IMG/VR virus record: IMGVR_UViG_3300029319_000022
DNA: 64,000 bases
Reading direction: 5' to 3' (one strand)
Source of the DNA: an uncultured virus (IMG/VR IMGVR_UViG_3300029319_000022)
Lineage: Duplodnaviria; Heunggongvirae; Uroviricota; Caudoviricetes
Part shown: positions 36,201 to 46,146 of the stretch, piece after piece
Layout of the letters: every line of letters starts with the position of its first letter
Position numbering within the stretch: the stretch's first letter is position 1
The notes under the pieces: model-generated
Databases searched by the model: none
What the model was told of the DNA's origin: nothing
The model's input: the letters and a program-made list of their open reading frames with translations, nothing else
Program-made: the position numbers and the translations under genes

Positions 36201-37180
36201 GTACTTTAACAGGATTAGAATCAGAAAACTTACTTTATAACAGAGATAGAAATATTTCTGGGGTCACTGCGCCAACACATTTTACTGGTTTAAGTTTAAC
36301 ACCAATTTATGGATCGACAGCGCAGTTTCAATCTAAATTGAACACTTTTATCACTGATGACTTTTACTATGAACTTGCGCCTTTATCTTTGAATAGTTTA
36401 GTCGTTAATTTTAATGTGGGTTATCAAACTGATGAAACCAACGCTAGAAAACTAGCTAACTTTTTTGAAAGTAAGTCTGGGTTTTTACCGATGGAGTTTA
36501 ATGCTGACAATTCTGGAATATATAAAAATGTAACTGGATTTTGTAATTCTTATCAAGTAACAGCTGAGAATAACCAAAACTTCAATGTAGCAGCAGCGGT
36601 TACAATCGATACAGCTCCTAATCTTTTAAATTGGTCAGGTAATAATTTTACAAATATAGATTTCCAAAACTGGGTTCCGTCTAGAGCATATAAAAAATAT
36701 GATGTTGTTTTTTCTGGCGTTAACACAAACAACTTAAACAATTTCTTTTATTGTACTGGAGATCACACTTCGTCTTCTGCTAACAGCCCAACTGGTGCAT
36801 CAACTAATTGGACTCAAAAGTTTTTCTTTGAGCCTGATCAAAACCAAAATTTTGAAGTGGGTATAAAATCTGATGTTGTTGAATTTAACAACTCTTTTAC
36901 TCAGAGGCTAGGTGGAGATAAAAATACAAAAAATATAGCTAAATTTGACATAGCTTATAACTTTACAAACATATCTAATCATCAGTTAAAGTCCATGTTG
37001 CATTTTTTAGAAAATAAAGCTGGCTATAGGAGGTTTGAACATCAAATACCATCGGTTTATAACAGGCCAAAAGTTTATTATTGTCCTGCTTGGACACATA
37101 CTTGGGTATATAGTAACACAAATAATTTAAGTGTAAACTTTGTCGAAGATCCGTTAGGCGTAATTCCAACAGAGGTTTAA
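36197..37180 (+). CDS. minor tail (distal-tail-like) protein with duplicated domain and central carbohydrate-binding-like module
   Basis: repeated LANFFESKSGF / MLHFLENKAGY; WVPSRAYKKYDVV..FYCTGDHTS module. Confidence 0.6.
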   Translation: MSTLTGLESENLLYNRDRNISGVTAPTHFTGLSLTPIYGSTAQFQSKLNTFITDDFYYELAPLSLNSLVVNFNVGYQTDETNARKLANFFESKSGFLPMEFNADNSGIYKNVTGFCNSYQVTAENNQNFNVAAAVTIDTAPNLLNWSGNNFTNIDFQNWVPSRAYKKYDVVFSGVNTNNLNNFFYCTGDHTSSSANSPTGASTNWTQKFFFEPDQNQNFEVGIKSDVVEFNNSFTQRLGGDKNTKNIAKFDIAYNFTNISNHQLKSMLHFLENKAGYRRFEHQIPSVYNRPKVYYCPAWTHTWVYSNTNNLSVNFVEDPLGVIPTEV

Positions 37181-37181
37181 A

Positions 37182-38651
37182 ATGTCAAGAGCTATAATAC
37201 AGAGTCAAAAAGCAATAGTCGCCGCAAGTAATGATACTGGATCATTTAAAACGACTAATATTGATTTAAATTTAATTAATAATGTTCAAAACGCCAGTTT
37301 TTCTATTGCTTTTCCCCATGAAAAATCAAAGCAATTAGGGAGACAGGACTTCAGTATCGATAACACTTTCATACAGCCAGATGTAGAATTAACCTTGTCA
37401 TATATACCAGAGGCTAAATTACAGAACGAGATAAATAGTAATTTTATAAGTGGCAGTAATTCTTACGCCACTAGCGTTCAAGCTCTTGCTGGTTCGTTAC
37501 CTAAAAATACTAATTTTTTAATTATAAATAGCCCCGATGATGGCAAAGATGCGCTAGATTCAGTTACAGTTGGTGGATCAGCGGTAGACCTCACTGGTTT
37601 TGAAGCTGCCGCTTTTGGAAACTGTTTTTTAACTTCTTACGGATTAACATATGGCGTAAATTCTTTACCAATTGTTACCACTTCATATGTGGCATCAAAC
37701 GCAAAGTTTGAAAAATTAACTGGCACTAGTATGGAATCGCCAGCCATAAATTTACTTCAAGGCAATAACAATAATGTAGGGCTTTTAAATTTTACTTTTG
37801 ATAATGGCACTAAAGATCCAAAAGTTCCAACGCCGAATGATTCTAACAGTTCTATATCCTTTGAAAACTTACAAGTAGGAGGTCAAGCTATCTCTGGCAG
37901 TCATTTAGTTCAATCTGTTGATATGTCAGTAGCTTTGCAAAGAGTTTCTAATTATGGTTTTGGCAGTGATTTTTCTTATGATAGAAAAGCTGAAATGCCA
38001 GCTAATGGATCATTTTCTATATCATCATTAGTATCAGGTTATGGAAACGGTAATATAACTGGTGTTTTGGATACAGAACAAAAGTATAATTTTGATTTAA
38101 TTTTAAGCGCTAGCAGCTCTCATGATTACGCCATAGATGGAACTTTTTCTGAGGGGTACGGTGCTGGTAATTGGAGTTCTTCAAATTCTGCGCAGGTTGT
38201 TATTAATACTGCCTCTAATTTAGTACACTTTAATACAACGGCCACACAAACTTTAACGCAGACAGACCCATTACCTTTAAGAGCGGTAAGAGTTTTAATT
38301 ACATTTACAATATCAGATTATACAGCAGGTGGAATAAAACTTACAATGCCTACTCCATCAGCTGGAACAGTATTTGACGCTGATGGCACTTATCAAGTAG
38401 AGGTAACAACAAGCCCGCTTTTAGCTAATTATAATGATATTCGGTTTACTAGTGTGGGCGCTACTAATCTTAAACTAAGTAATGTTTCAGCTGTACAAGT
38501 CCCTGAAAAACTTAAATACTCAGTTTCTGATGCTAGATTAGAATCTTACAGCTCATCAATTCCAGTAAATGGTATTATGTCTTTTGACGCTTCATTTACA
38601 TTCCCTGTAAATGAAACTGTAGGACTTACATTAAGTGGAACGCCATACTAA
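37182..38651 (+). CDS. tail-tube paralog with inserted beta domain
   Basis: aligns by eye with 24112..25242 (NVQNASFSI / RVQSANFSY; FGNCFLTSY / IGNCYVSDY; LVQSVDMSV / HVQSVSINM). Confidence 0.65.
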   Translation: MSRAIIQSQKAIVAASNDTGSFKTTNIDLNLINNVQNASFSIAFPHEKSKQLGRQDFSIDNTFIQPDVELTLSYIPEAKLQNEINSNFISGSNSYATSVQALAGSLPKNTNFLIINSPDDGKDALDSVTVGGSAVDLTGFEAAAFGNCFLTSYGLTYGVNSLPIVTTSYVASNAKFEKLTGTSMESPAINLLQGNNNNVGLLNFTFDNGTKDPKVPTPNDSNSSISFENLQVGGQAISGSHLVQSVDMSVALQRVSNYGFGSDFSYDRKAEMPANGSFSISSLVSGYGNGNITGVLDTEQKYNFDLILSASSSHDYAIDGTFSEGYGAGNWSSSNSAQVVINTASNLVHFNTTATQTLTQTDPLPLRAVRVLITFTISDYTAGGIKLTMPTPSAGTVFDADGTYQVEVTTSPLLANYNDIRFTSVGATNLKLSNVSAVQVPEKLKYSVSDARLESYSSSIPVNGIMSFDASFTFPVNETVGLTLSGTPY

Positions 38652-39034
38652 TCGTACTCAATTTTTACGTTTTTGCTTTCGTAGCCTTTTTCTTTTATTT
38701 GATTTATATGTTTAGCTCCATGGCGAGCTTTTGAATAATTTTTATAATATTTTTCTTTTACAGGATCAACACCTCCATTTTTCTGCGCTCTTTTTTCACT
38801 AAGCTCTTTAGAGTAATCCAACATGTTACCCACTGTCCCTTTTTTTGCGGCGGTGTTTTCTAAAAATTGTCTACTATTAAATGGATCAGCATCAGAATCA
38901 ATGGATGCATTAGGAGCGAGAAAAACTCGCTCCCATGCTAAGCCATCTTGTTCATATACATGTTCATCATTCATACCTTGAAGGACTTCAACATATTCTT
39001 CCTTATCAGGATGTTTATAAACGTAAATAGGCAT
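38648..39034 (-). CDS. FmdB-like protein (degenerate zinc ribbon)
   Basis: MPIYVYKH...EVLQGM N-terminus with the cysteines missing. Confidence 0.55.
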   Translation of the reverse strand: MPIYVYKHPDKEEYVEVLQGMNDEHVYEQDGLAWERVFLAPNASIDSDADPFNSRQFLENTAAKKGTVGNMLDYSKELSEKRAQKNGGVDPVKEKYYKNYSKARHGAKHINQIKEKGYESKNVKIEYD

Positions 39035-39339
39035 TAAGTAATTTTTATTTCTTTACCTTCATTTACACCTTTTTTTGGCAATGTTAATTTTAATAACCCA
39101 TGCGTATATTCAGCTACTATGTGATCTATGGCAACTTGATTAGCAAGTCTGACAGTTCTTTTCTTAGAATCTTTTTTATTTTTAGCTTCCACAGTCAATA
39201 CGCTGTCCGTGGCGCTTATTTTTATTTGACTCTTAGAAAAACCAGCAAATGAAAGTTCGATTTCATAAGCGTCTTTATTATCTTTCGGTTGGACTGGGTA
39301 TTGTAATTGTTCGTTTAGTAAGTTAAATAATGTGTTCAT
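39034..39339 (-). CDS. small heat-shock protein (Hsp20 family)
   Basis: YEIELSFAGFSKSQIKI..AEYTHGLLKLTLPK. Confidence 0.9.
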   Translation of the reverse strand: MNTLFNLLNEQLQYPVQPKDNKDAYEIELSFAGFSKSQIKISATDSVLTVEAKNKKDSKKRTVRLANQVAIDHIVAEYTHGLLKLTLPKKGVNEGKEIKIT

Positions 39340-39375
39340 AATGCTTCATATATCAACATTAAATGTGCCAATCAT

Positions 39376-40455
39376 TTAAGCCTTAAAAACAAGGGATAAA
39401 ATAGAATCAACAGTCTTTTCATAGGTCATTTTGTCTCCCATTTTGACACCCTCTGTGTTAACTTGACCCACTTTAGATTCAGCTAACTCCATCGCTGAAA
39501 TAGCCTCCTCCTCTGTCCAACTATAAAAAGTACCTTGATTAAAAGGTTGGTTTTGATTAAAAAATACCCCATCGCTAACTGCTATTTCTCCAGATGGCTC
39601 TATCAAAATTGAATTTTCTTTAGTGGCCCAGTCTTTATGCGAAGTAGAATTTAGAACAACACTCCACTTACCAAGGCATGTCGCGTTGAACGATGGTAAA
39701 TTCCAACCCTCACCACCAGAAAGGCCGCCAAGATCAATATCTATCGAGTTTAAGTACTCATTAACTTCTGAATTAGTCGCTAAATGAGGTAAAAAATTAA
39801 TGTTATTGTAATGTTTACCTTGCAAAGTTTGGTTTATCAAACCCTTCATTTGCTCTGGTTGAAAAAATGGGTTGTTTATACAGCAAGTAAGCAAATACTT
39901 ATTGTTGTTGCCATATTTTTTAAGCCAAGTTTGTATAATTTTTTGAGTATGTTTTCTATTTTCATACTTGCCCATTAACCCAAAATGAACACAGTCCTGC
40001 ATATAGGTTTTGTTAGTCACTTTAAAAGTGTCATCCAAACCTAGAGGAACCGCCTCACAATTTTCTAAACCCTTATTTAGAAAATGATCTCGTGCGTAAG
40101 TTGAACTAAATATAGTTTTTTCTTGATTAGCAACTATCGCAGTTTCTATTTCAGTGGGCTGATTGCATTCATAGAATGTGTATAAAAACTGATTTTTATT
40201 TTTCCTATTATCAGCACCGTTTATATGCCACAGCTTTAAAGATGGTATATCCTCAGATAAAAATTTATACCTGCTATTTACAGCATCTTCGATATATTTT
40301 TTAAAATCTTGATCTAAAGAAAACGCATCTATGTTTATATCTGAAATAGGGAAAAGACCTATCTCGATATTCTTTTTATACAATTGTTTTAGAATGTTTA
40401 CAGAAACATTACCAAAACTTAAATTGTTTAGAGCGGCTTCTACTAAGACCTTCAT
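39376..40455 (-). CDS. GT-B (GT4-like) glycosyltransferase
   Basis: GKYENRKH, SGGEGWNLPSFNATCLGK. Confidence 0.8.
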   Translation of the reverse strand: MKVLVEAALNNLSFGNVSVNILKQLYKKNIEIGLFPISDINIDAFSLDQDFKKYIEDAVNSRYKFLSEDIPSLKLWHINGADNRKNKNQFLYTFYECNQPTEIETAIVANQEKTIFSSTYARDHFLNKGLENCEAVPLGLDDTFKVTNKTYMQDCVHFGLMGKYENRKHTQKIIQTWLKKYGNNNKYLLTCCINNPFFQPEQMKGLINQTLQGKHYNNINFLPHLATNSEVNEYLNSIDIDLGGLSGGEGWNLPSFNATCLGKWSVVLNSTSHKDWATKENSILIEPSGEIAVSDGVFFNQNQPFNQGTFYSWTEEEAISAMELAESKVGQVNTEGVKMGDKMTYEKTVDSILSLVFKA

Positions 40456-40823
40456 TAAAAAGGAACTTCTTCAGCAACTTTTTCTGTACTTACAGGTGCG
40501 CTAGAATCATCGGACTCTTTTTTCTTTGATGACAAAAACTGCAAATCTTTACCTCTTATAAAATATTTACTAAAGTTTTTACCATCTTTTTCCCAAGATG
40601 ACATTGATAGTTCACCTTGAACAATAAACTCTCTGCCTTTAGAAAGGTATTTTTCAGCGATCTCAGCTTGCTTGTCCCAGTATTGAACATCGACATAACA
40701 TTTATCTTTCACATTAGATGATGAGATGCCAACTCTTAGATTTACAACTTTTTTACCAGTAGAAGTTGTTCTAGATTCTGGATCTTTAACCAGATAAGCG
40801 GCAGCAGTTATTGAATTATACAT
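40455..40823 (-). CDS. ssb: single-stranded DNA-binding protein
   Basis: LVKDPESR, YWDKQAEIAEKYLSKG, acidic EEVPF tail. Confidence 0.92.
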   Translation of the reverse strand: MYNSITAAAYLVKDPESRTTSTGKKVVNLRVGISSSNVKDKCYVDVQYWDKQAEIAEKYLSKGREFIVQGELSMSSWEKDGKNFSKYFIRGKDLQFLSSKKKESDDSSAPVSTEKVAEEVPF

Positions 40824-41424
40824 ATTTAGTTTGTTTGTTTATTTTAGTTAAAAATTTATTATGAATATTTATACAGCCTTGAATGCTCATGTCAAGCTCT
40901 TCAGCTATAATTTTCCAAGGTGTGAGCTTATGATTATCGACATTATACCTTTTGTCAATTATTTTTCTAACTCTATCATCTTTTTCTTTATCTAAAAATT
41001 TTGATAGTATTTTTAAAATCTCATCTTTGCTCAAATTTTCTAAAAATGACTCACATTGAGGCTCTATGAAAACATCATCATCTTGGAATGATATTTCTTG
41101 GTGTTTCTTTTTTTTATTTAAAACTCCTAAACATTTCCACTTTGTATGATTTGCTAAGTAAGTTGGGAACTTAGTGTTTTTAGATGGGTCAAATTTTAAA
41201 GCGCACGAGTAAACCTCATGAACTTTTTCATCTAAAAGTGTATCCTTGTCTGCTACGTTTTTTGGGCCAGATAAAAAACTATTTACCATTGTATGGTAGA
41301 TACCAGAGTGCCTGTTTATTAGCTCTAATAAACTGCTCTCATCGTTACGCTCTTTAATTTTATTAATTAAAGAAATATCGCTCTCCAGAGCCTCTGGCTC
41401 TGTAAATTTTAAACCTTTTTCCAT
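40816..41424 (-). CDS. second phage sigma70-like factor
   Basis: LINRHSGI, KFDPSKNTKFPTYL (region 2); PWKIIAEELDMSIQGCINIH (region 4 HTH). Confidence 0.8.
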   Translation of the reverse strand: MEKGLKFTEPEALESDISLINKIKERNDESSLLELINRHSGIYHTMVNSFLSGPKNVADKDTLLDEKVHEVYSCALKFDPSKNTKFPTYLANHTKWKCLGVLNKKKKHQEISFQDDDVFIEPQCESFLENLSKDEILKILSKFLDKEKDDRVRKIIDKRYNVDNHKLTPWKIIAEELDMSIQGCINIHNKFLTKINKQTKYV

Positions 41425-41639
41425 TCTTTTTATATATATTATATATAATTTATATATAAATTATAAAACGTAATGTATACAGAATAACGTATAGCTTTAC
41501 TATAACGTAATAGGTATAGATAACGTCCTTAAACCGTTATACGGTATAATAACAACTAAATTGAATTTGTCAAATAAAAAAAAATTTTTTTCAAATACGG
41601 GTTGACAGCTAGCCCAAGGATGGTGTAAAAACAGTAGTC

Positions 41640-42611
41640 ATGATTTTCGAAGAACAAATATCAAGGAAGCCCGACCATTATCCATGGGCACAAGAATTTA
41701 TTGAGGCAATGCACAACGGTTTTTGGACCGACAAAGAGTTTAGTTTTAGCAGCGATATACAAGATTTCAATGTAAACTTAGATTCAGAGGAAAAAGAAAT
41801 TATTATCAGAACACTTTCAGCTATTGGACAGATTGAGGTAGCCGTAAAGAAATTTTGGAGTAAATTAGGCGATAATCTGCCCCATCCTAGCTTAACAGAC
41901 TTAGGCTATGTCATGGCAAATGTTGAGGTAATTCATAACAATGCTTATGAAAGATTACTGAAAGTTTTGGGTCTTGAAGATGTCTTTGAGAAAAATCTAG
42001 AGCTTGATTTTATTCAAGGCAGGGTAAACTATCTTAGAAAATATAATCATAAATTTTACAAAGATTCAAAAAAGCAATATGTGTATTCGATCATTCTTTT
42101 CACGCTTTTTGTGGAAAATGTTTCTCTGTTTTCGCAGTTCTATATTATTAACTGGTTTAATCGTTATCGGAATATACTTAAAGATACTGGACAGCAAGTC
42201 AAGTATACTCGCAATGAAGAAAACATTCATGCGTTGGCTGGGATCAAAATAATCAATACTATTAGAAGCGAGCACCCAGAATTATTTGATGATGAGTTAG
42301 AAGCTAGAATAGTACATGAAGCTCAAGAGGCTTTTAAAGCTGAAAGTAAAATTGTTGATTGGATGATCAACGGCTTCAATGAAACAGGTCTTAACGGTGA
42401 TATCTTAAAAGAATTTATTAAAAATAGAATAAATGACTCTTTAGAAAAAATAGGGTTTTCTTCTGCATTTAATGTTGACACTTCTGTTTTAGAAAATACA
42501 ATGTGGTTCGAGGAAGAATTGATGGGCAATAATGCTACTGATTTTTTTCATTCTCGACCTGTTGAATATTCTAAAAACTCACAGACATTTGACGCAGACG
42601 ATCTATTTTAA
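41640..42611 (+). CDS. nrdB: ribonucleotide reductase class Ia beta subunit
   Basis: EVIHNNAY, VENVSLFSQF, EENIH, DFFHSRPVEY. Confidence 0.95.
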   Translation: MIFEEQISRKPDHYPWAQEFIEAMHNGFWTDKEFSFSSDIQDFNVNLDSEEKEIIIRTLSAIGQIEVAVKKFWSKLGDNLPHPSLTDLGYVMANVEVIHNNAYERLLKVLGLEDVFEKNLELDFIQGRVNYLRKYNHKFYKDSKKQYVYSIILFTLFVENVSLFSQFYIINWFNRYRNILKDTGQQVKYTRNEENIHALAGIKIINTIRSEHPELFDDELEARIVHEAQEAFKAESKIVDWMINGFNETGLNGDILKEFIKNRINDSLEKIGFSSAFNVDTSVLENTMWFEEELMGNNATDFFHSRPVEYSKNSQTFDADDLF

Positions 42612-44257
42612 TGAACAAATATTACTGGCTAAATAAAGATTCAAAGGCTTTTTTAAAAAGGGGTTATTTACAAGCTGGAGAAACTCCAGAGCAAAGAATT
42701 TCAGATATTGCTAAAGCTGCTGAAAATTATTTAAAAGTAAAAGGTTTTGCCGCAAAATTTGAAGATTATATGGCTAGAGGTTTTTACTCTTTAGCTAGCC
42801 CAGTTTGGGCAAACTTTGGTAGAGAAAGAGGTCTGCCAATCTCTTGCAATGGGGTTTATATTGAGGACCGAATGGATTCTATTTTAGACAAGCAAGCTGA
42901 GGTTGGCATGCAAACTAAACACGGATCAGGAACGTCAGCTTATTTTGGAGCACTTAGAGGTAGAGGTGCAGAAATATCCTCTGGCGGCACTTCTAGTGGA
43001 TCAGTGCATTTCATGGAGCTTTTTGACAAAGTTTCATCTGTTGTTTCTCAAAGTAATGTCAGAAGAGGTTCTTTCGCGGGGTATCTACCTATTGACCATC
43101 CAGACATAAAAGAGTTTTTACGGATAAGAAGTGAGGGTCACCCAATACAAGATTTATCTTTTGGCGTTTGCATAAGTGATTCTTGGATGAGAGAATTGAT
43201 ATCTGGAGATAAATCAAAGAGGTATATTTGGGCCGCTCTCATAAAGAAAAGATTTGAAACAGGATATCCTTACATATTTTTTACTGATACTGTTAACAAT
43301 TCATCCCCTCAACCTTATCAGGATAAAAATTTAAAAATACACGCCTCTAACCTTTGTAGCGAAATAGCTTTGCACTCATCTGAAGAGGAGTCTTTTGTTT
43401 GCTGTTTGTCATCTTTAAATTTAGTGAACTGGGAGGAAATCAAAGAGACTGACGCTGTCGAAACTTTGACATTTTTCTTAGATGCAGTGATGGAGGAGTA
43501 CGTACAAAAAACAGAGAATATCCCATTCATGAAAAGCTCTCATGAGTTTGCTAAAAGACAAAGAGCAATAGGTTTAGGAGTTTTGGGCTGGCATTCTTAT
43601 TTACAAGATAAAATGATAGCTTTTGAGAGTTTAGAGGCTAAATTCTTAAATCAAGAAATACATCAGCTTATAAAAGAGCGCTGTGATAAAGCAACAGAAA
43701 ATTTAGCTGTTTTACTAGGTGAACCTGAATATTTAAAAGGCTACGGCAGACGTAATCTAACAACGATGGCGATAGCTCCTACGACCTCAAGCTCATTTAT
43801 TTTGGGTCAAGTTTCGCCATCTATAGAACCTTTGAATAGTAATTACTTTACAAAAGACTTAGCAAAAGGAAAATTCACATACAAAAATCCTTACCTAGAA
43901 AAACTTTTAACCGAAAAGAAAAAGAATACCCAAACTACATGGAAATCCATTCTAGTTAAAGGTGGATCTGTACAACACTTAGATTTCCTGTCCGATGAAG
44001 AAAAGGATGTTTTTAAAACATTTGGCGAGATTTCACAAAAAGAAATAGTATTACAGGCGGCTCAACGGCAAAAATACATAGACCAAAGTCAAAGCCTAAA
44101 CTTAATGATAGCCCCTAAATGCCCACCAAAACAGGTAAGCGAACTACTAATTTTTGGCTGGGAACAAGGTATAAAAAGCTTTTATTACCAAAGAAGCGCC
44201 AATCCTAGTCAAGAGCTTGCAAGATCCATACTATCTTGTTCATCTTGCGAGGCTTAA
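42611..44257 (+). CDS. nrdA: ribonucleotide reductase class Ia alpha subunit (short, no ATP cone)
   Basis: PISC, SNLCSEI, CCLSSLN, APTTSSS, SFYYQRS, C-terminal CSSCEA. Confidence 0.95.
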   Translation: MNKYYWLNKDSKAFLKRGYLQAGETPEQRISDIAKAAENYLKVKGFAAKFEDYMARGFYSLASPVWANFGRERGLPISCNGVYIEDRMDSILDKQAEVGMQTKHGSGTSAYFGALRGRGAEISSGGTSSGSVHFMELFDKVSSVVSQSNVRRGSFAGYLPIDHPDIKEFLRIRSEGHPIQDLSFGVCISDSWMRELISGDKSKRYIWAALIKKRFETGYPYIFFTDTVNNSSPQPYQDKNLKIHASNLCSEIALHSSEEESFVCCLSSLNLVNWEEIKETDAVETLTFFLDAVMEEYVQKTENIPFMKSSHEFAKRQRAIGLGVLGWHSYLQDKMIAFESLEAKFLNQEIHQLIKERCDKATENLAVLLGEPEYLKGYGRRNLTTMAIAPTTSSSFILGQVSPSIEPLNSNYFTKDLAKGKFTYKNPYLEKLLTEKKKNTQTTWKSILVKGGSVQHLDFLSDEEKDVFKTFGEISQKEIVLQAAQRQKYIDQSQSLNLMIAPKCPPKQVSELLIFGWEQGIKSFYYQRSANPSQELARSILSCSSCEA

Positions 44258-44297
44258 AAATTCATTTTAATTAATTTTTTGTGTAAATCATTGCTAG

Positions 44298-45278
44298 ATG
44301 GAGTACGATTTTTCAGATAAAGCAAAGGAATTTTTGGAATCACAGGCCGCCAAACGACCTGGGCCAAGGAGTGGAGCACAGACCCCAGCCAAACCATCAG
44401 AACGCAGAAAGGGATCAAAGAAAAATCCTAAAGGGTCAGCTGGTGGCGGCAAAAAAGCTCCAAAAATTACTTTCTCTGAAAAAGTTGTAACTGCCTTAAA
44501 AAACAAAGTCAAAGAGCACAACTCTAAACACTCAAGAAAAGTTACATTAGGTCAACTTAAAAAAGTTTACAGGCGAGGTGCTGGCGCTTTTTCAAGCACT
44601 CACAGACCTGGTAAATCTAGAGGTCAATGGGCTATGGCTAGGGTTAATACATTTTTAAGAATGATGAGGGGAGGCAAAGTAAAAAAATCTTATAGAGCCG
44701 CCGATTCAGACATAGCTAGGGGCAGCGAAGAATACTATAATGAAGAAGCAAGATTTGTATATGATGACTTTTCTGAACTCAATTTTGCTTTAGCTAAAAT
44801 AGATTTACTAAACGCTGGAGTTCTTGAGGAAGAAATGAATCAAGATATTGATGATATAGATTATTCAGAGGCAGAAAAAAAAACTTTAAATAAGCCGTTT
44901 AGATTGCCTTCTGGCTCAAAAAAAAAATTTGGGGTTTACGTAAAGAATGAAAAAGGTAATGTCGTTATGGTCAAGTTTGGTGATCCAAACATGGAAATAA
45001 AAAGAGACGACCCCGAACGAAGAAAAAGCTTTAGAGCTAGACATCAATGCGACACAAACCCAGGTCCAAAGTACAAAGCTAGGTATTGGTCGTGCAGATT
45101 TTGGAGCAAAAAGCCAGTTAGCAAGATGACATCAAGCGATGCTGTCGCGTGGGATGATGACGAAATTTTAAGTGAGTGGGCATGGAATGATGAGAGCTTT
45201 GTGGAACAAAGTGACTTAATTGCTGAAAACTCAGATTTAGAAAACGTATCAATTTTTATTGAAGAGCGCGATCTGTAA
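44298..45278 (+). CDS. basic modular phage protein (possible internal head protein)
   Basis: LKKVYRRGAGAF..QWAMARVN and KTLNKPFR..KFGDPNM..SFRARHQC..ARYWSC modules separated by acidic linkers. Confidence 0.65.
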   Translation: MEYDFSDKAKEFLESQAAKRPGPRSGAQTPAKPSERRKGSKKNPKGSAGGGKKAPKITFSEKVVTALKNKVKEHNSKHSRKVTLGQLKKVYRRGAGAFSSTHRPGKSRGQWAMARVNTFLRMMRGGKVKKSYRAADSDIARGSEEYYNEEARFVYDDFSELNFALAKIDLLNAGVLEEEMNQDIDDIDYSEAEKKTLNKPFRLPSGSKKKFGVYVKNEKGNVVMVKFGDPNMEIKRDDPERRKSFRARHQCDTNPGPKYKARYWSCRFWSKKPVSKMTSSDAVAWDDDEILSEWAWNDESFVEQSDLIAENSDLENVSIFIEERDL

Positions 45279-45297
45279 GATATAATCATGCAATAGC

Positions 45298-46146
45298 ATG
45301 AAAATCTTATTTGTATCTGACTATACACTAGCCCAAAGAGAGGGTGGGGCACAAAGAAGTAATAGCCTTTTAATTAAAAAAGGTAAAGAATTAGGCCACG
45401 AAATAATAGAGCATAGTTACGAGTCTTCAATAACAGACTTTCTAGCGTCTTATGATTTAATAATACACTCTAATTTAGAACATATAAATTCAATCAACCC
45501 TGAAAAAATTGATTTTATAAAAAGATTACCTAATTGTATTAGAGTTGAGCATGACTCATGTCATTATCTAGACACTAGAGCAAGGGCGCATTTATTTACA
45601 ACATCAATTAAAAACTTCTTTCTCAGTGATTTTCACCTCTCTTTTTTTAAAGAACTTTATGGTGATTACTTTATAAATACAGAAATAGTTTATGATCCAA
45701 TTGACACAGAACTTTTTTGCAAAACAGATCAAGAAAAAATTTATGATGTAGTATATTGTGGGTTCATTCATGAACTCAAAGGTGCTGAAAAAATAATTAA
45801 TTTTGCTAGAAAAAACCCAGAAAAACAAATATCAATTTTTGGCTGGTCGCATAGGAATCCTTATGAACTATTTGAAAATGAAAAAAATATTCACTTTGGT
45901 GGACTCAAAACTCAAGAGGAGGTAGCTTCTATTTTAAAACAAAGTAAAGCCATATTTCATTCACCTATAGTCAATGAACCGTTTTGTAGAATGGTTGCTG
46001 AAGCATTACTGTGTGGTGTTGAGGAAGTAATAGGAGAAGTAGATAAAATTGGCTCATATTTAGAGTTTCAAAAATTTGGCTATGATGAATTTAAAAATAA
46101 ATGCGGAAATGCGGCTGAAAATTTTTGGGAAAAAGTAGAAAAATGA
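45298..46146 (+). CDS. GT4-like glycosyltransferase
   Basis: GGAQRS, KGAEKI, EPFCRMVAEALLCG. Confidence 0.85.
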   Translation: MKILFVSDYTLAQREGGAQRSNSLLIKKGKELGHEIIEHSYESSITDFLASYDLIIHSNLEHINSINPEKIDFIKRLPNCIRVEHDSCHYLDTRARAHLFTTSIKNFFLSDFHLSFFKELYGDYFINTEIVYDPIDTELFCKTDQEKIYDVVYCGFIHELKGAEKIINFARKNPEKQISIFGWSHRNPYELFENEKNIHFGGLKTQEEVASILKQSKAIFHSPIVNEPFCRMVAEALLCGVEEVIGEVDKIGSYLEFQKFGYDEFKNKCGNAAENFWEKVEK

